From Rickettsiales bacterium (GTDB lineage: Bacteria; Pseudomonadota; Alphaproteobacteria; Rickettsiales; JABCZZ01): DNA of 64,000 nucleotides. This document shows positions 46,459 to 56,785 of the stretch, piece by piece. The translations under genes and the position numbers were made by a program. Position 1 is the first letter of the stretch; each line of letters opens with the position of its first letter. Location of the stretch: contig DASTXE010000003.1 of assembly GCA_035765535.1 (NCBI GenBank), positions 388,516 to 452,515 of the forward strand, in the 5' to 3' direction. The notes beneath the pieces were generated by a model. It did no database searches. It was not told where the DNA came from and saw only the letters and a list, made by a program, of their open reading frames with translations.

Positions 46459-47863
46459 CACAACACGCTCTTTCTTTGCGGTGCTTCTCACCAGCACAAT
46501 TCTGCTTTCTGCCTGCACCGAACCGGCAGGGCAGCAGAACTCCGGCATCGAAACACCAACGTTATGGAGCAGGCTGACGGGAACAGCATCCGGGCCGTCT
46601 AATCAGCCGCTCGTGGCGAATAACGATGCGGATGTGGACCAGACATGGTGGAAACATTTCAATGATCCCACGCTCGACAGCATCATTGCGGAAGCGCTGA
46701 AGAATAATAAAACCCTTCAGATAGCCGCCGCCCGTGTGGAAGAAGCGCGGGCAGGGCGATTGTTGGCGCAATCCAGTCTGTTACCGCAGATCAACGCGGA
46801 AGCAAGTGCGCAACGCGGTAATCAGGGATTTGCGACCGCCAACAAGGTGGTCAATATTTCTCAGGCCGATATTGCAGCGACGTGGGAGCTGGACCTGTTC
46901 GGCGGCAATCAGGCACGCACTGCGGAAGCAAAAGCGATATGGCAGTCTGCGGAAGCAAGCAGGCAGGCTGTGCGCGTAGGATTGCTGGCGGAGGTGGCGC
47001 GCACCTATTTCGATATGCGTAATTTCGAGCGTCAGGTCGCTATCGCCAGAGAAAATCTCGACACGCAGAAAAAGACACTGGAGCTGATTAAGGTCCAAAA
47101 GGAAGGCGCATTGGCCAGCGACTTTGACGTACAGCGTGCGGCGGCTCAGGTTTCAGACACAGAAGCGCTTATACCGAACCTCCAGACGGCGTATGATACG
47201 TCGCTTAACCGACTGAACGTACTCTTAGGCTATGCCCCCGGCAGCAAGGATGCCATGCTGACGGCCAAAGCGGAAATGAAGCCGCTCGACCAGCATATTG
47301 TCATCTCAGCCCCTGCTAAAGTGCTGGCGGAACGGCCGGATGTGCGTGCGGCAGAGCGCCAGTTTGCGGCAAGCATTTCAGCGCGCAGAGCCGCTGTAGC
47401 GGAGCTCTTCCCTGACATTTCCCTGACCGCGCTTTTTGGCGCGCAATCTGCGACTCCGTTTTCCTCCACGCCGTGGGGAGTGGGGGCAAGCCTCGTTCAG
47501 CCCGTGCTGAATTTCGGCCGTATCGAGTCACAGATCGATGCTGCGGACGCAAGGCAGAAACAGGCTTTCCTGAATTACCAGCAGACCGTATTGCAGGCGC
47601 TGGAAAACATGGAAAATGCGCTTTCGGGTTATATCCATGAAACGACGCGTAACGCTGCTTTAACTGCGGGTGTTGCACAGAACCGCAAAGCCACTGCACT
47701 TGCCAAGGAACAGTATCAGAACGGTTACACCGGATTGCTGGATCTGCTGGTGGAGCAGCGCAATCTGCTTGATGCGGAAGCAAATCAGGCCGCTTCAGAT
47801 GCAAACTTGCGTAAAGACCTCGTGAATATTTACGCTGCGGCAGGTGGAGGATGGAAGGAATAA
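46451..47863 (+). CDS. RND outer-membrane factor lipoprotein (NodT/OprM family)
   Basis: The ATG at 46451 overlaps the permease stop. MYNTTRSFFAVLLTSTILLSAC/TEP has a lipobox. Two OEP repeats are present. Confidence 0.9.
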   Translation: MYNTTRSFFAVLLTSTILLSACTEPAGQQNSGIETPTLWSRLTGTASGPSNQPLVANNDADVDQTWWKHFNDPTLDSIIAEALKNNKTLQIAAARVEEARAGRLLAQSSLLPQINAEASAQRGNQGFATANKVVNISQADIAATWELDLFGGNQARTAEAKAIWQSAEASRQAVRVGLLAEVARTYFDMRNFERQVAIARENLDTQKKTLELIKVQKEGALASDFDVQRAAAQVSDTEALIPNLQTAYDTSLNRLNVLLGYAPGSKDAMLTAKAEMKPLDQHIVISAPAKVLAERPDVRAAERQFAASISARRAAVAELFPDISLTALFGAQSATPFSSTPWGVGASLVQPVLNFGRIESQIDAADARQKQAFLNYQQTVLQALENMENALSGYIHETTRNAALTAGVAQNRKATALAKEQYQNGYTGLLDLLVEQRNLLDAEANQAASDANLRKDLVNIYAAAGGGWKE

Positions 47864-47872
47864 GAAAGCGGG

Positions 47873-49579
47873 TTAATTTCTCTTATACAGTCGTAAGTCC
47901 ATATTCTTGATGCTGGGAAGATGAGAATCTTTCCATACCATTTTCCATTGAGGATAAGCATCTTCGGAAGCCTCCCGGGGCATGAATGCAAGAATAAGCG
48001 GGCATCTGCTATTCTCCCATGTCACCCGGGGCCACGGCGTTTTTTCATAGTAATATTGTATCAGGGGAGCAATATTCTCACCTAGCTCAATGTCCCCTAT
48101 ACAATCGGTGGAATAACCGGACTTTTGAATGAAACTATCCAGGCGTTTCAGGACAGGCAAATAGCTCATGCTTTCATTAATCCAGGGCATGAGAAGTGTA
48201 TAGATCGTGCACCACATCAAAAGAGCGCCCAGAAACCATATACGGGCGAGGTTCAGCGGATTATGTTTTTCCAGTCTTAAGCATGATATCCAGAATAATG
48301 CTGCGAGAAGTGCCACGAGACATGCCAGTCCCTGCGATGCCGGCGGTATAAAATCGGGAGGGAGCTTTTTGAACATGGAAGACAGCCAGACCAGAGGGCG
48401 ATGAGCGCGTGGATAATGCAATGTCCACCAGATCAGCCATGTTGTAGCAGCAGCCACGCTGAATGCAGTTAACAAAATTTTGTTCAGAATGATCCTGCAG
48501 CCATCGGAGAAGCGCATCACAGCCTGTGCAGCCAGCAGCGCAAATCCCGGCATAAGCGGTAAAAGATAAGGGGCTCGGCCGGATGCGGAGATTAAAAGGA
48601 CAAGCAGCCCGATATAAGATACGGAGACCGGCAATAAATATTCAGGTGTGCGCCATTCTTTTCTGGCTCTGACGATATGAACGCATGCAAGCGGAAAAAC
48701 AGGAAATGCATAAAGCGGCGCCATCCAGATAAAATATCCGGGACGGTTTTCCGCCCCCAGCCGTGCAACAGATGAACCGAAAAAGCGGCCTATATTGTTA
48801 TCCCACAGCCAGTCATGAAATAGTTCCGGAGAATGCGTATATACTAAATAAGGCCAGATCAGCAGGAACGGGGATATTGTGATGCCGGCGATCAGCAAAG
48901 CGCGCCAGGTATAGCGGTTATGGAGTGATGTAAGCGTTAGCCACAAAATGATACCCGATATTCCCATGATAGTGGGAATGACGAGCCCCTTGGACATAAA
49001 AGCTATGCCAAGGCCGATGCCAAGCCAGCATCCTGCTGAGAGGTAGCGCATTGGCGTTTTACATTGCAGGGCAATACCGTAAAGCGCTATCGCAGTGCCG
49101 GCAACGAGAGCGGTATCGGTGATCAACACATGGCTGAAGCGGATATAGCCGTAAGTGCCCAGCAGAAGATATACTGTTATCTTACTTAACGTATCGCAAT
49201 GATCATGATCCTGAAATAATGTCTTTGCAGTCTTCCAGATGAAAAAACCCGTCAGGATGAGATATGGCAGGCTTGCAAGCCTCGCCGCGTCGTGCAAAGG
49301 CAATATCCCGCCAAATAATTTCATGCATAAAACGGCTGTCCAATAGTAAAGCGGAGGCTTTTCCATAAAAGGAACGCCCGCATTCATGGGAATGATCCAT
49401 GTATGAGTAATATAAAAATTATAAATAACGCCGAAACTATAGGCTTCACCACGCTTCCACCAGGGATCATGGTCAATGCCTGTGATCAGGAGCAGGCATA
49501 TCAATAAGGTCAGCTTTACTATGCCAGGTATTTTAAAATTTTTGCCAATACAGAAGCTGAAATAGTCAGAACGTTGCAT
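47873..49579 (-). CDS. ArnT/PMT_2-like membrane glycosyltransferase (GT39/GT83 type)
   Basis: A polytopic membrane protein with the FMEKPPLYYW motif near the N-terminus. I prefer the ATG at 49579 (MQRSDYF...). The track start at 49732 adds 51 atypical residues. Confidence 0.8.
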   Translation of the reverse strand: MQRSDYFSFCIGKNFKIPGIVKLTLLICLLLITGIDHDPWWKRGEAYSFGVIYNFYITHTWIIPMNAGVPFMEKPPLYYWTAVLCMKLFGGILPLHDAARLASLPYLILTGFFIWKTAKTLFQDHDHCDTLSKITVYLLLGTYGYIRFSHVLITDTALVAGTAIALYGIALQCKTPMRYLSAGCWLGIGLGIAFMSKGLVIPTIMGISGIILWLTLTSLHNRYTWRALLIAGITISPFLLIWPYLVYTHSPELFHDWLWDNNIGRFFGSSVARLGAENRPGYFIWMAPLYAFPVFPLACVHIVRARKEWRTPEYLLPVSVSYIGLLVLLISASGRAPYLLPLMPGFALLAAQAVMRFSDGCRIILNKILLTAFSVAAATTWLIWWTLHYPRAHRPLVWLSSMFKKLPPDFIPPASQGLACLVALLAALFWISCLRLEKHNPLNLARIWFLGALLMWCTIYTLLMPWINESMSYLPVLKRLDSFIQKSGYSTDCIGDIELGENIAPLIQYYYEKTPWPRVTWENSRCPLILAFMPREASEDAYPQWKMVWKDSHLPSIKNMDLRLYKRN

Positions 49580-49648
49580 ATCTTTTAGTAAGAAATAAAT
49601 AACTACTAATTTGTTACAATGTATCCGGAATATTGCATAGATAATTTT

Positions 49649-49671
49649 CTCACAATGAAACACATTGTGAG
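49649..49671. promoter_or_regulatory. 9-bp inverted repeat in divergent promoter region (candidate operator)
   Basis: CTCACAATG-AAACA-CATTGTGAG lies 70 nt upstream of the ArnT-like start and about 160 nt upstream of the TBDR start. It has the same TCACAAT/ATTGTGA half-sites as 30068-30089. Confidence 0.4.
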
Positions 49672-49830
49672 TTATTGCTTCCTTAGCCTTTAGCGGAACA
49701 TTGCATCTGTAGCAATTGTTATTAATGCACAACTGATAGTAGGCAAAAAATTATTTACACTCTCTTTAATTGGGGTATGCTGAAACCGCCTTTCATTCAA
49801 AATGAAGCAACCAATACAATGGGTGGGTGG

Positions 49831-51876
49831 ATGCAGCGGCGTTCAGGATATCGCAGAAAACGAGACAGTATCTGGAAATGCATGGCTGTTATACTTGCAG
49901 CGGCCGGTATGCATTGCGAAGCGTATGCAGAAGCCCCAATAGATGACTTTAATCTTTCACCCGAAGAGTTGTTTGATGCAAAGGTTATATCAGTTTCCAA
50001 AGCTCCTGAAAGAGTGATGGATGCGCCGGCAGCGGTATACGTGCTGACCAATGAAGATATCATACGTTCAGGCGCTACCTCAATTCCCGAAGCTTTGCGG
50101 CTGGTTCCGGGGGTGCAGGTAGCACAGATCAATGCCAATAGCTGGGCAGTCAGTGTAAGAGGATTCAATAGCGCTCTGGCGAATAAACTGCTCGTGCTGG
50201 TGGATGGCAGAACAGTGTATGATCCTCTGTTTTCAGGAGTGCATTGGAATGCGCAGAATATGGTGCTTGAGGATATTGAGCGCATAGAGGTTGTTCGCGG
50301 CCCGGGCGCGAGCCTCTGGGGAGCCAATGCAGTTAATGGCGTGATCAATATCATCACAAAGAAAGCAAAGGATACGCAGGGCAATCTGGCAAGTGTGACC
50401 GCGGGTAATAAGGAGCGGGGAACCGTGGAGGACCGCTTTGGCGGTGCCATAGGGGAGAATGGCGAGAAAGGTTATTACCGCATATATGGAAAATACCGCA
50501 GCGTTGCCGACGACAAAACACCATCCGGTGCCGATGCGCATGACGGCATGACGGATAGCCGCGCCGGATTCCGTGCCGACCTGAACGGCAGTAGTTCCCG
50601 GGATAACTTCACCGTGCAGGGTGATATTTTTCGTAATGAGGCGAGCGATTACCGAACGACCCCGCTGTTGGTCGCTCCTTACGGGTTAACGCAGATCGAA
50701 AATCTGAATGAGGACGGCGCCAATATTCTGGGGCGCTGGAACCGGACATTTGCGGATAAGTCCACCTTTATGCTTCAGAGCTATGTAGATTATTTTACGC
50801 AAAGCCAGGAGATAATTAATGACCGACGCACGACGTTCGACGTGGAGGCGCAATACGATCTGGCACCGATAGGGCGTCATGCTATAACGATCGGCGGAGA
50901 TTATCGTTACAGTGCGGACGATCTGTCAAGTTCCTCGTCTTTTATTAGTTATCCTGGCGCATTTGAAGGGACGACGATCTTCAGCGGATTCCTGCAGGAT
51001 AAAATAACGCTTGTGCCCAAAAGCTGGTTCCTGACGCTGGGTTCCAAGATAGAGCATAACGACTATACAGGGGTTGAGGTTGAACCGAACGCACGGCTGC
51101 AATGGTTCCCCGACGATAATCAGATGGCATGGGCCTCCGTTTCCCGCGCGGTGCGCACTCCCAGCCGCCTTGAGCACGATTTGACGATTAATGAGTTCAC
51201 TATTCCACCAAGAGCGCCATCCACCACCCCTATTGACCTGATACTAAGAGCGAATCCGGACTTTGCGAGCGAGGATCTCGTGGCGTATGAAATCGGATAC
51301 CGGCGTCAGATTACGCCTGAATTATCCACTGACATTGCGGCATTTTATAATGATTACAGTAATCTGGAAACGAATACGTTGATGCCTTTCTCAGTGGGAA
51401 GCAGTCCAACTCACATCATTTTTCCTTTTGAGTTTACCAATGATACTTCCGGGGAAACGCATGGTATTGAGCTTCTGACAGATTGGCGTGCACAAAAGAA
51501 CCTGAAACTTTCGGCATCCTATAGCCTGCTGCAGGTGGATCTGCATGGTCCCCCCAGCAGCAAAGCCATTTCCTCGCAGCAAGCTGATACGCAGTCCCCG
51601 ACCAGTCAGTTTAACGCGACCTCACGGTGGGATGTGACGTCCAATACTTCGTTCGATACGACGCTGTATTATACGTCTGAGCTGCCATATTATAAGATAC
51701 CGCATTACTGGCGTCTGGATGCACGCTATAGCTGGCGGATTATGGACGGGCTTCAATTCAGTCTTACAGGACAGAACCTGCTGATGTCCAGCCACCGGGA
51801 GTTCTCGTCGGCCACCGATGTAAGCGCCGCGGAAATTCCGCGCAGTATTTTTGGCAGCATCACATGGCGTTACTGA
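49831..51876 (+). CDS. TonB-dependent outer-membrane receptor
   Basis: Has a signal peptide ...MHCEAYA/EAP. The plug has DAPAAVYVLTNEDIIRSGATSIPEALRLVPGVQV and VDGRTVYDPLFSGV. The C-terminus is ...GSITWRY. Confidence 0.9.
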   Translation: MQRRSGYRRKRDSIWKCMAVILAAAGMHCEAYAEAPIDDFNLSPEELFDAKVISVSKAPERVMDAPAAVYVLTNEDIIRSGATSIPEALRLVPGVQVAQINANSWAVSVRGFNSALANKLLVLVDGRTVYDPLFSGVHWNAQNMVLEDIERIEVVRGPGASLWGANAVNGVINIITKKAKDTQGNLASVTAGNKERGTVEDRFGGAIGENGEKGYYRIYGKYRSVADDKTPSGADAHDGMTDSRAGFRADLNGSSSRDNFTVQGDIFRNEASDYRTTPLLVAPYGLTQIENLNEDGANILGRWNRTFADKSTFMLQSYVDYFTQSQEIINDRRTTFDVEAQYDLAPIGRHAITIGGDYRYSADDLSSSSSFISYPGAFEGTTIFSGFLQDKITLVPKSWFLTLGSKIEHNDYTGVEVEPNARLQWFPDDNQMAWASVSRAVRTPSRLEHDLTINEFTIPPRAPSTTPIDLILRANPDFASEDLVAYEIGYRRQITPELSTDIAAFYNDYSNLETNTLMPFSVGSSPTHIIFPFEFTNDTSGETHGIELLTDWRAQKNLKLSASYSLLQVDLHGPPSSKAISSQQADTQSPTSQFNATSRWDVTSNTSFDTTLYYTSELPYYKIPHYWRLDARYSWRIMDGLQFSLTGQNLLMSSHREFSSATDVSAAEIPRSIFGSITWRY

Positions 51877-52418
51877 TCAGACAGCTATGGTTTTTTGTGC
51901 TGTTATTAACGGCGGGTTTTCCGGCGTGGGTCTGCGCGGATACGGAACTCCAGTTGCAGGAGCAGGAAATCAAAGCCGGGCTGCTCTATAACTTTCTGAA
52001 ATACACGCAATGGCCCGCAGCACCACGCTCCATGGTGATATGTATTTACGGACAAGATCCGTTCGAGGGTTATTTACAGCCGATTGCCGGACGTTCCGTC
52101 AATCAGGCGGAAATAGTTCTGCATAAAATTACCGTCCCGCAGGAAACGGAGGGCTGTAATCTGTTATTCCTGAATGCCGATGAAAAAACGGTCTGGCCGC
52201 AAGTACAAAAGACAATTGCAGGCAAGGCAGTGTTAACTGTCAGCGATTACAAGGGGTTTGCAGAAGAAGGCGGAATGATCGAATTCGGCCGCAAAAATGA
52301 TCATATAAATGTTGATCTGAATATGGAGGCGCTCACGGCTGCCCGTCTGCAGGTACAGGATCGCCTGCTGAAACTGGTAACGGTGGTGCATCCTGTGCTG
52401 GGAAGTGGGAGGCCATAA
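51864..52418 (+). CDS. YfiR-family (DUF4154) periplasmic protein
   Basis: Has a signal peptide, then QEQEIKAGLLYNFLKYTQWP, typical of DUF4154. Its start overlaps the TBDR stop by 13 nt. Confidence 0.85.
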   Translation: MALLIRQLWFFVLLLTAGFPAWVCADTELQLQEQEIKAGLLYNFLKYTQWPAAPRSMVICIYGQDPFEGYLQPIAGRSVNQAEIVLHKITVPQETEGCNLLFLNADEKTVWPQVQKTIAGKAVLTVSDYKGFAEEGGMIEFGRKNDHINVDLNMEALTAARLQVQDRLLKLVTVVHPVLGSGRP

Positions 52419-52421
52419 CCC

Positions 52422-54767
52422 ATGCGTATGGAACAACCCTCCATCCGGACCATTTTGCTGGCAACGATCAGTACGCTGGCCTTACTCATCGTGTTATTTG
52501 CCGCGCATGGAATTTATATGCAATGGCAGCGTCTGGACAGGATTCAGACTTTGAAACGTGCCATGGTCATAAGCGACCAGATATTTGATGCCACTGAGAA
52601 GCTTGCAGAGGAGCGTGACATAGCCTATTCGCTGCTCTACACACAGGATAAAGGTAGTGTTGCTGATCTTACACCCAGGCTGACTCTTGTCCGTAAGCAA
52701 GCGGATGAGAAGTTACTGAAAGTATTGGAAGTAATAGGGCAATACCATTTTCCCGGTCAGGCTGAACAGCTGCAGCAGACTGCAGAGCAATTCTTAAAAC
52801 TGCAGGAGCTGCGCAAGAAAATAGATACGGCTCTGTCCTTGCCCCCAAAAGAGCGAGACCATGCGCTGTCGCCGCAATGGTTTGAGCAGGCAACTTCCCT
52901 GATTCTGCAGACACAAAATTTATGGATGGATTTTGCGGGCCACTTCAGCGATATCGACCCGCTGGTAACATTACATGTGCGCCTCAAGCATGTGCTGGGC
53001 ATTATCATGGAATATTCCGGCAGGGAACGTTCTGTGATTGGACGGCTGATAGCGGAAAATGCCGATCCGCAGGCGTCCGAGCAGGCAGCGTTGCTGCAAT
53101 GGCAGGGGGCGGTGGATCTCGGTTGGAGAATCAGCGCCACACTGGCCGATCAGGGAAGTTTAACGCCTGCCATTACTCCTTATCTTAAAGATGCGCGCAG
53201 CCATTATTTCATGCTTTATAATATGACCAGGGATATGTTCTTCATACCACGTGCCGGCGGTCATGGGGCTTCCTATCCGATCAGCATCATCTTCTGGCTG
53301 GAACTTGCAACACAGACAACGGATTCATTGTATGCGCTGAAGGATGAAGCATTGCGGCAAAGCGGGCGATATATGACCGGGCTGGAAGCCGAAGCGCGTC
53401 ATAGAATTATGATGGATTCCGTATTTCTCCTGTTTGTTCTGGCGCTGTCCTTATACAGCTTCCGCGTGGTGAATCATCGTGTTATTTATCCCATCAACGC
53501 GATAGTGTCCGCACTGGTCAGAACAACGAAAGGCGAAACGGTATCCGTACCGCATGCCGCCAACACCCATGATGAAATAGGAAAACTGACGCAGGTATTG
53601 CAGGCAGTCCAGAGCAATATTGAAGAAATCAAATATGGCACTGCCCGTCTGCAAAGCGTATTCGATACGGTATTGGATGGGCTCATTATCATAAACAGCA
53701 GGGGCCTCATTCAGGGATTCAATGCGTCGGCCGAACGGATATTCGGTTATAAGGCCGAAGAGGTAATGGGGCAGAATGTAAAGATCCTGATGCCTGAGCC
53801 TTATCACACCGAGCACGATTCCTATATTTCCAATTACCTGCGCACCGGTACGGCCAAGATCATTGGAATCGGGCGGGAAGTCACAGCCAAACGCAAGGAT
53901 GGAACAATTTTTCCCATGGAACTGGGAATCAACATGTTTCAGGCCGGGGGTGAAAAAGCGTTTGTGGGTATGATCCGCGACATTACGGCTCGCAAGGAAG
54001 CTGAAACCAAGCTGCTGCATTATACAAGGGCGCTGGAGCGCAGTAATAAAGAGCTGGACGATTTTGCCTACATCGCCTCGCATGACCTTAAGGAACCCCT
54101 GCGCGGCATACATAATCACGCACGGTTCCTGCTGGAAGACAATCAGGATAAGCTGGATCCCGACAGCACAGCGCGTCTGGACCGTCTGACCTATCTCAGC
54201 CAGCGTATGGAAAAGCTGGTAAACGACCTGCTGTATTTTTCACGTCTGGGGCGTCAGGATCTGGCGATCGGTAAGGCCGATATCAATGCCGTGATTCATG
54301 ATATTGAAAACACGCTGGACGTGTTTATGGCAGAGCATAACGCGCATATCATCATACCGTTCCCGCTGCCTGCCATCATTTGCGATAAGACGCGTGTAAC
54401 TGAGCTATTCCGCAACCTGATCATCAACGCTGTAAAGTATAATGACAGGCCGGAAAAACATGTTGAAATAGGATTCCTGGAAGCGCATCCTTATACGGAT
54501 GGGACCATGCTGCACAACGTCTTTTATGTAAAGGATGACGGAAGAGGAATTGCTCCCGAATTCCACGAAGAGGTTTTCAGGATATTCAAGCGCCTGCAGA
54601 GCAGTAAGAATGCAAAGACGGAGGGAACAGGCGTTGGCCTCACTTTCGTCAAGAAAATCGTGGAACGTCATAATGGCCGAATCTGGATCGCATCTGAAGG
54701 TAAGGAATGCACCACATTTTATTTCACTTTAGGAGGGCAACATGACAGTCGGAAAGCCGGTGAGTAA
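52422..54767 (+). CDS. Sensor histidine kinase: TM, NIT-like periplasmic domain, TM, HAMP, PAS, HisKA, HATPase
   Basis: NIT-like ER motifs are LAEERDIAYSLL and YSGRERSVIGRLIA. PAS: ERIFGYKAEEVMGQNVKILMP. H-box: IASHDLKEPLRGI. N/G boxes: INAVKYN, DDGRGI, GTGVGLT. Confidence 0.88.
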   Translation: MRMEQPSIRTILLATISTLALLIVLFAAHGIYMQWQRLDRIQTLKRAMVISDQIFDATEKLAEERDIAYSLLYTQDKGSVADLTPRLTLVRKQADEKLLKVLEVIGQYHFPGQAEQLQQTAEQFLKLQELRKKIDTALSLPPKERDHALSPQWFEQATSLILQTQNLWMDFAGHFSDIDPLVTLHVRLKHVLGIIMEYSGRERSVIGRLIAENADPQASEQAALLQWQGAVDLGWRISATLADQGSLTPAITPYLKDARSHYFMLYNMTRDMFFIPRAGGHGASYPISIIFWLELATQTTDSLYALKDEALRQSGRYMTGLEAEARHRIMMDSVFLLFVLALSLYSFRVVNHRVIYPINAIVSALVRTTKGETVSVPHAANTHDEIGKLTQVLQAVQSNIEEIKYGTARLQSVFDTVLDGLIIINSRGLIQGFNASAERIFGYKAEEVMGQNVKILMPEPYHTEHDSYISNYLRTGTAKIIGIGREVTAKRKDGTIFPMELGINMFQAGGEKAFVGMIRDITARKEAETKLLHYTRALERSNKELDDFAYIASHDLKEPLRGIHNHARFLLEDNQDKLDPDSTARLDRLTYLSQRMEKLVNDLLYFSRLGRQDLAIGKADINAVIHDIENTLDVFMAEHNAHIIIPFPLPAIICDKTRVTELFRNLIINAVKYNDRPEKHVEIGFLEAHPYTDGTMLHNVFYVKDDGRGIAPEFHEEVFRIFKRLQSSKNAKTEGTGVGLTFVKKIVERHNGRIWIASEGKECTTFYFTLGGQHDSRKAGE

Positions 54768-55191
54768 GTCGCAACCTATTCTGATCGTGGAGGATAGCGA
54801 AGATGATTACGACGCAACGCGCCGCGCCTTCACCAAGGCGAATCTGCATAATCCCATCGTGCATGCTTATTCCGGCGAGGAAGCGCTTGCCTATCTGAGA
54901 GACGAAAGCAATGCAAAACCGGGCCTCATTCTGCTGGATTTGAACATGCCCGGCATGGATGGTCGAAAAACGCTTGAGACTATCAAGCAACATAAATCAC
55001 TGAGACATATTCCTGTGGTGATTCTGACCACGTCTGACGATGAGCGTGATGTAACGGCATGCTATGATCTGGGGGCCAATACCTACATCCAGAAACCGGT
55101 CGATTTTGACGGGCTCATAGATGCGTTAAAACAGCTCAAGGAATACTGGTTTGAAATAGCCTTGCTGCCGAAGGAGGGAATGCATGAGTGA
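54742..55191 (+). CDS. Single-domain response regulator (CheY/Rcp1-like receiver)
   Basis: AGGAGG precedes the ATG. Contains ILIVEDSEDDYDATRRAF, LILLDLNMPGMDG and ILTTS. No output domain is present. Confidence 0.9.
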   Translation: MTVGKPVSKSQPILIVEDSEDDYDATRRAFTKANLHNPIVHAYSGEEALAYLRDESNAKPGLILLDLNMPGMDGRKTLETIKQHKSLRHIPVVILTTSDDERDVTACYDLGANTYIQKPVDFDGLIDALKQLKEYWFEIALLPKEGMHE

Positions 55192-56758
55192 ACAGACCGC
55201 AATACTGATCATCGATGACAGCGAAGATGATCGCATGTTCTACAAGCGCACTCTGCAGAAAATTGCTGAGCAAAGATATGCCGTATCGGAAGCGGAAAAT
55301 GGCATGGAGGGGATACAAAGCCTGTCATCCGGTTTGCCCGCCTGTATCCTGCTGGATTACTCACTCCCCGGCCATAACGGCATTGAAGTATTAAAACAGG
55401 TCCGCAGCCAGTTTCCTTTTGTGCCGGTCGTCATGCTGACGGGGCAGGGGAATGAGGAGGTGGCCGTAAGCGCCATTCAGGAAGGGGCGCAGAATTATAT
55501 TGCCAAGGCGAACATCACACCGGAATCCCTGCAACGCGTCATAGAGAGCGCCATTGAGCGCTGCGTCCTGCATAAACGCATTCATGAACAGCGTGCGTCG
55601 CTGGAAATATTCGCGCATGCGCTTGCGCATGATTTAAAAGAACCGGTAAGAACCATCCGCTCTTTTCTGGACGTGATGAAAGCGCACGAGAATTTCTCGG
55701 AAAAAGGAAAAGTGCATTTCGATTACGTCCAGAAAGCGGCGAAGCGCATGCACGCGTTAATCGATACGGTATTTCTTTATACGCAGCTGGATAATGCACA
55801 GGTTTCAAGGGAAATGTGCGATGCCAACACTGTGCTTGAAGAGACAAAACAGAATCTCAGCGAGCTTATCCGCGAACGTGGCGCTGTGGTGACCAGCGAC
55901 AATCTGCCTGAAGTGTACGCGAACCGGATGCAGTTGATTCAGGTGCTGCAGAATCTGATTGCCAATGCCATTTATCATGCGCAGACGACTCCCAAAATAC
56001 ATGTCAGCGTGAAAGAACATGAAGGAAACTGGCAATTCCTGGTGAGCGATAATGGCCCCGGCATCAGCAGCGAGCTCAGCAGGAAGATCTTTGAACCGTT
56101 CCGGAAATTCTCGCATAACAAAGAGCAGGGAATGGGCATGGGGCTCGCGATCTGCAAGAAAGTGGTGGAATCGCACGGAGGAGAAATCCGCTGTGAATCT
56201 GAGCTAGGCAAGGGCACAACATTTTTATTTACCATATCCAAGCCTGCCTCTGCGGCAGCGAGTCAATCGGCTGCACAGGATAAAGCAACCCAGAACGGGC
56301 CTGCGAAAACCGGTGAACTCCCTCTTGCCAATGTCCTGCTGGTCGAAGATAACGAAGCGGATATTGAACTTGCGCGTATCATGCTGATTGAAGAAGCAGG
56401 GCTGCAATGTAAGTTGATTGTGGCGCATGATGGGCAGGAAGCGATTGCCGCCATGCATGCAAATCAGGAAAAGAATGAGTCGGTGGATCTGGTGCTGCTG
56501 GATATCAATATGCCGGGCATGAATGGGTTCGAGCTGCTTGAGCACATGCAGAAAGAAGAGGAACTGCATCGTATACCCGTTGTCATGTGCACCACATCCG
56601 ATTACGGTAAGGACGTAAACAATGCGAAGAAACTGGGTGCGAAAGGCTATATCACCAAGCCTGCAGGGCTGGAGGGGTTAAAGCCCATCATCGAGACGAT
56701 ACCCACCATTTCGCTCTGTTCGCGGGGAAGCGGTTATGCTTTACTGCGTGCCGCTTAA
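55184..56758 (+). CDS. Hybrid histidine kinase (REC, HisKA, HATPase, REC)
   Basis: REC1: ILIIDDSEDD...ILLDYSLPG. H-box: ALAHDLKEPVRTI. Kinase boxes: NAIYHA, DNGPGI, GMGMGLA. REC2: VLLVEDNEAD...VLLDINMPGMNG. Confidence 0.9.
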   Translation: MSEQTAILIIDDSEDDRMFYKRTLQKIAEQRYAVSEAENGMEGIQSLSSGLPACILLDYSLPGHNGIEVLKQVRSQFPFVPVVMLTGQGNEEVAVSAIQEGAQNYIAKANITPESLQRVIESAIERCVLHKRIHEQRASLEIFAHALAHDLKEPVRTIRSFLDVMKAHENFSEKGKVHFDYVQKAAKRMHALIDTVFLYTQLDNAQVSREMCDANTVLEETKQNLSELIRERGAVVTSDNLPEVYANRMQLIQVLQNLIANAIYHAQTTPKIHVSVKEHEGNWQFLVSDNGPGISSELSRKIFEPFRKFSHNKEQGMGMGLAICKKVVESHGGEIRCESELGKGTTFLFTISKPASAAASQSAAQDKATQNGPAKTGELPLANVLLVEDNEADIELARIMLIEEAGLQCKLIVAHDGQEAIAAMHANQEKNESVDLVLLDINMPGMNGFELLEHMQKEEELHRIPVVMCTTSDYGKDVNNAKKLGAKGYITKPAGLEGLKPIIETIPTISLCSRGSGYALLRAA

Positions 56759-56785
56759 TACAATATCAACAGGGATGTATTTCTC

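Noticed and set aside
44782-46548. A 588-aa minus-strand ORF inside the RND permease gene. Similar long antisense ORFs lie at 33551-34555, 35814-36827, 16731-17687, 24576-25388, 37790-38509 and 60168-60938.
   Set aside because: Every one I checked arithmetically (44782-46548, 33551-34555, 35814-36827, 16731-17687, 24576-25388) is in the codon-aligned mirror frame of a well-supported sense gene, so they stay open simply because TTA, CTA and TCA codons are rare. Their translations are R/H/G/C-rich with no recognisable motifs and no RBS.
49580-49732. A 51-residue Cys- and Asn-rich N-terminal extension of the ArnT-like ORF.
   Set aside because: This is an AT-rich, atypically composed segment in the divergent promoter region. 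The internal ATG at 49579 precedes the first TM segment and the conserved KPPLYYW region at the normal distance.
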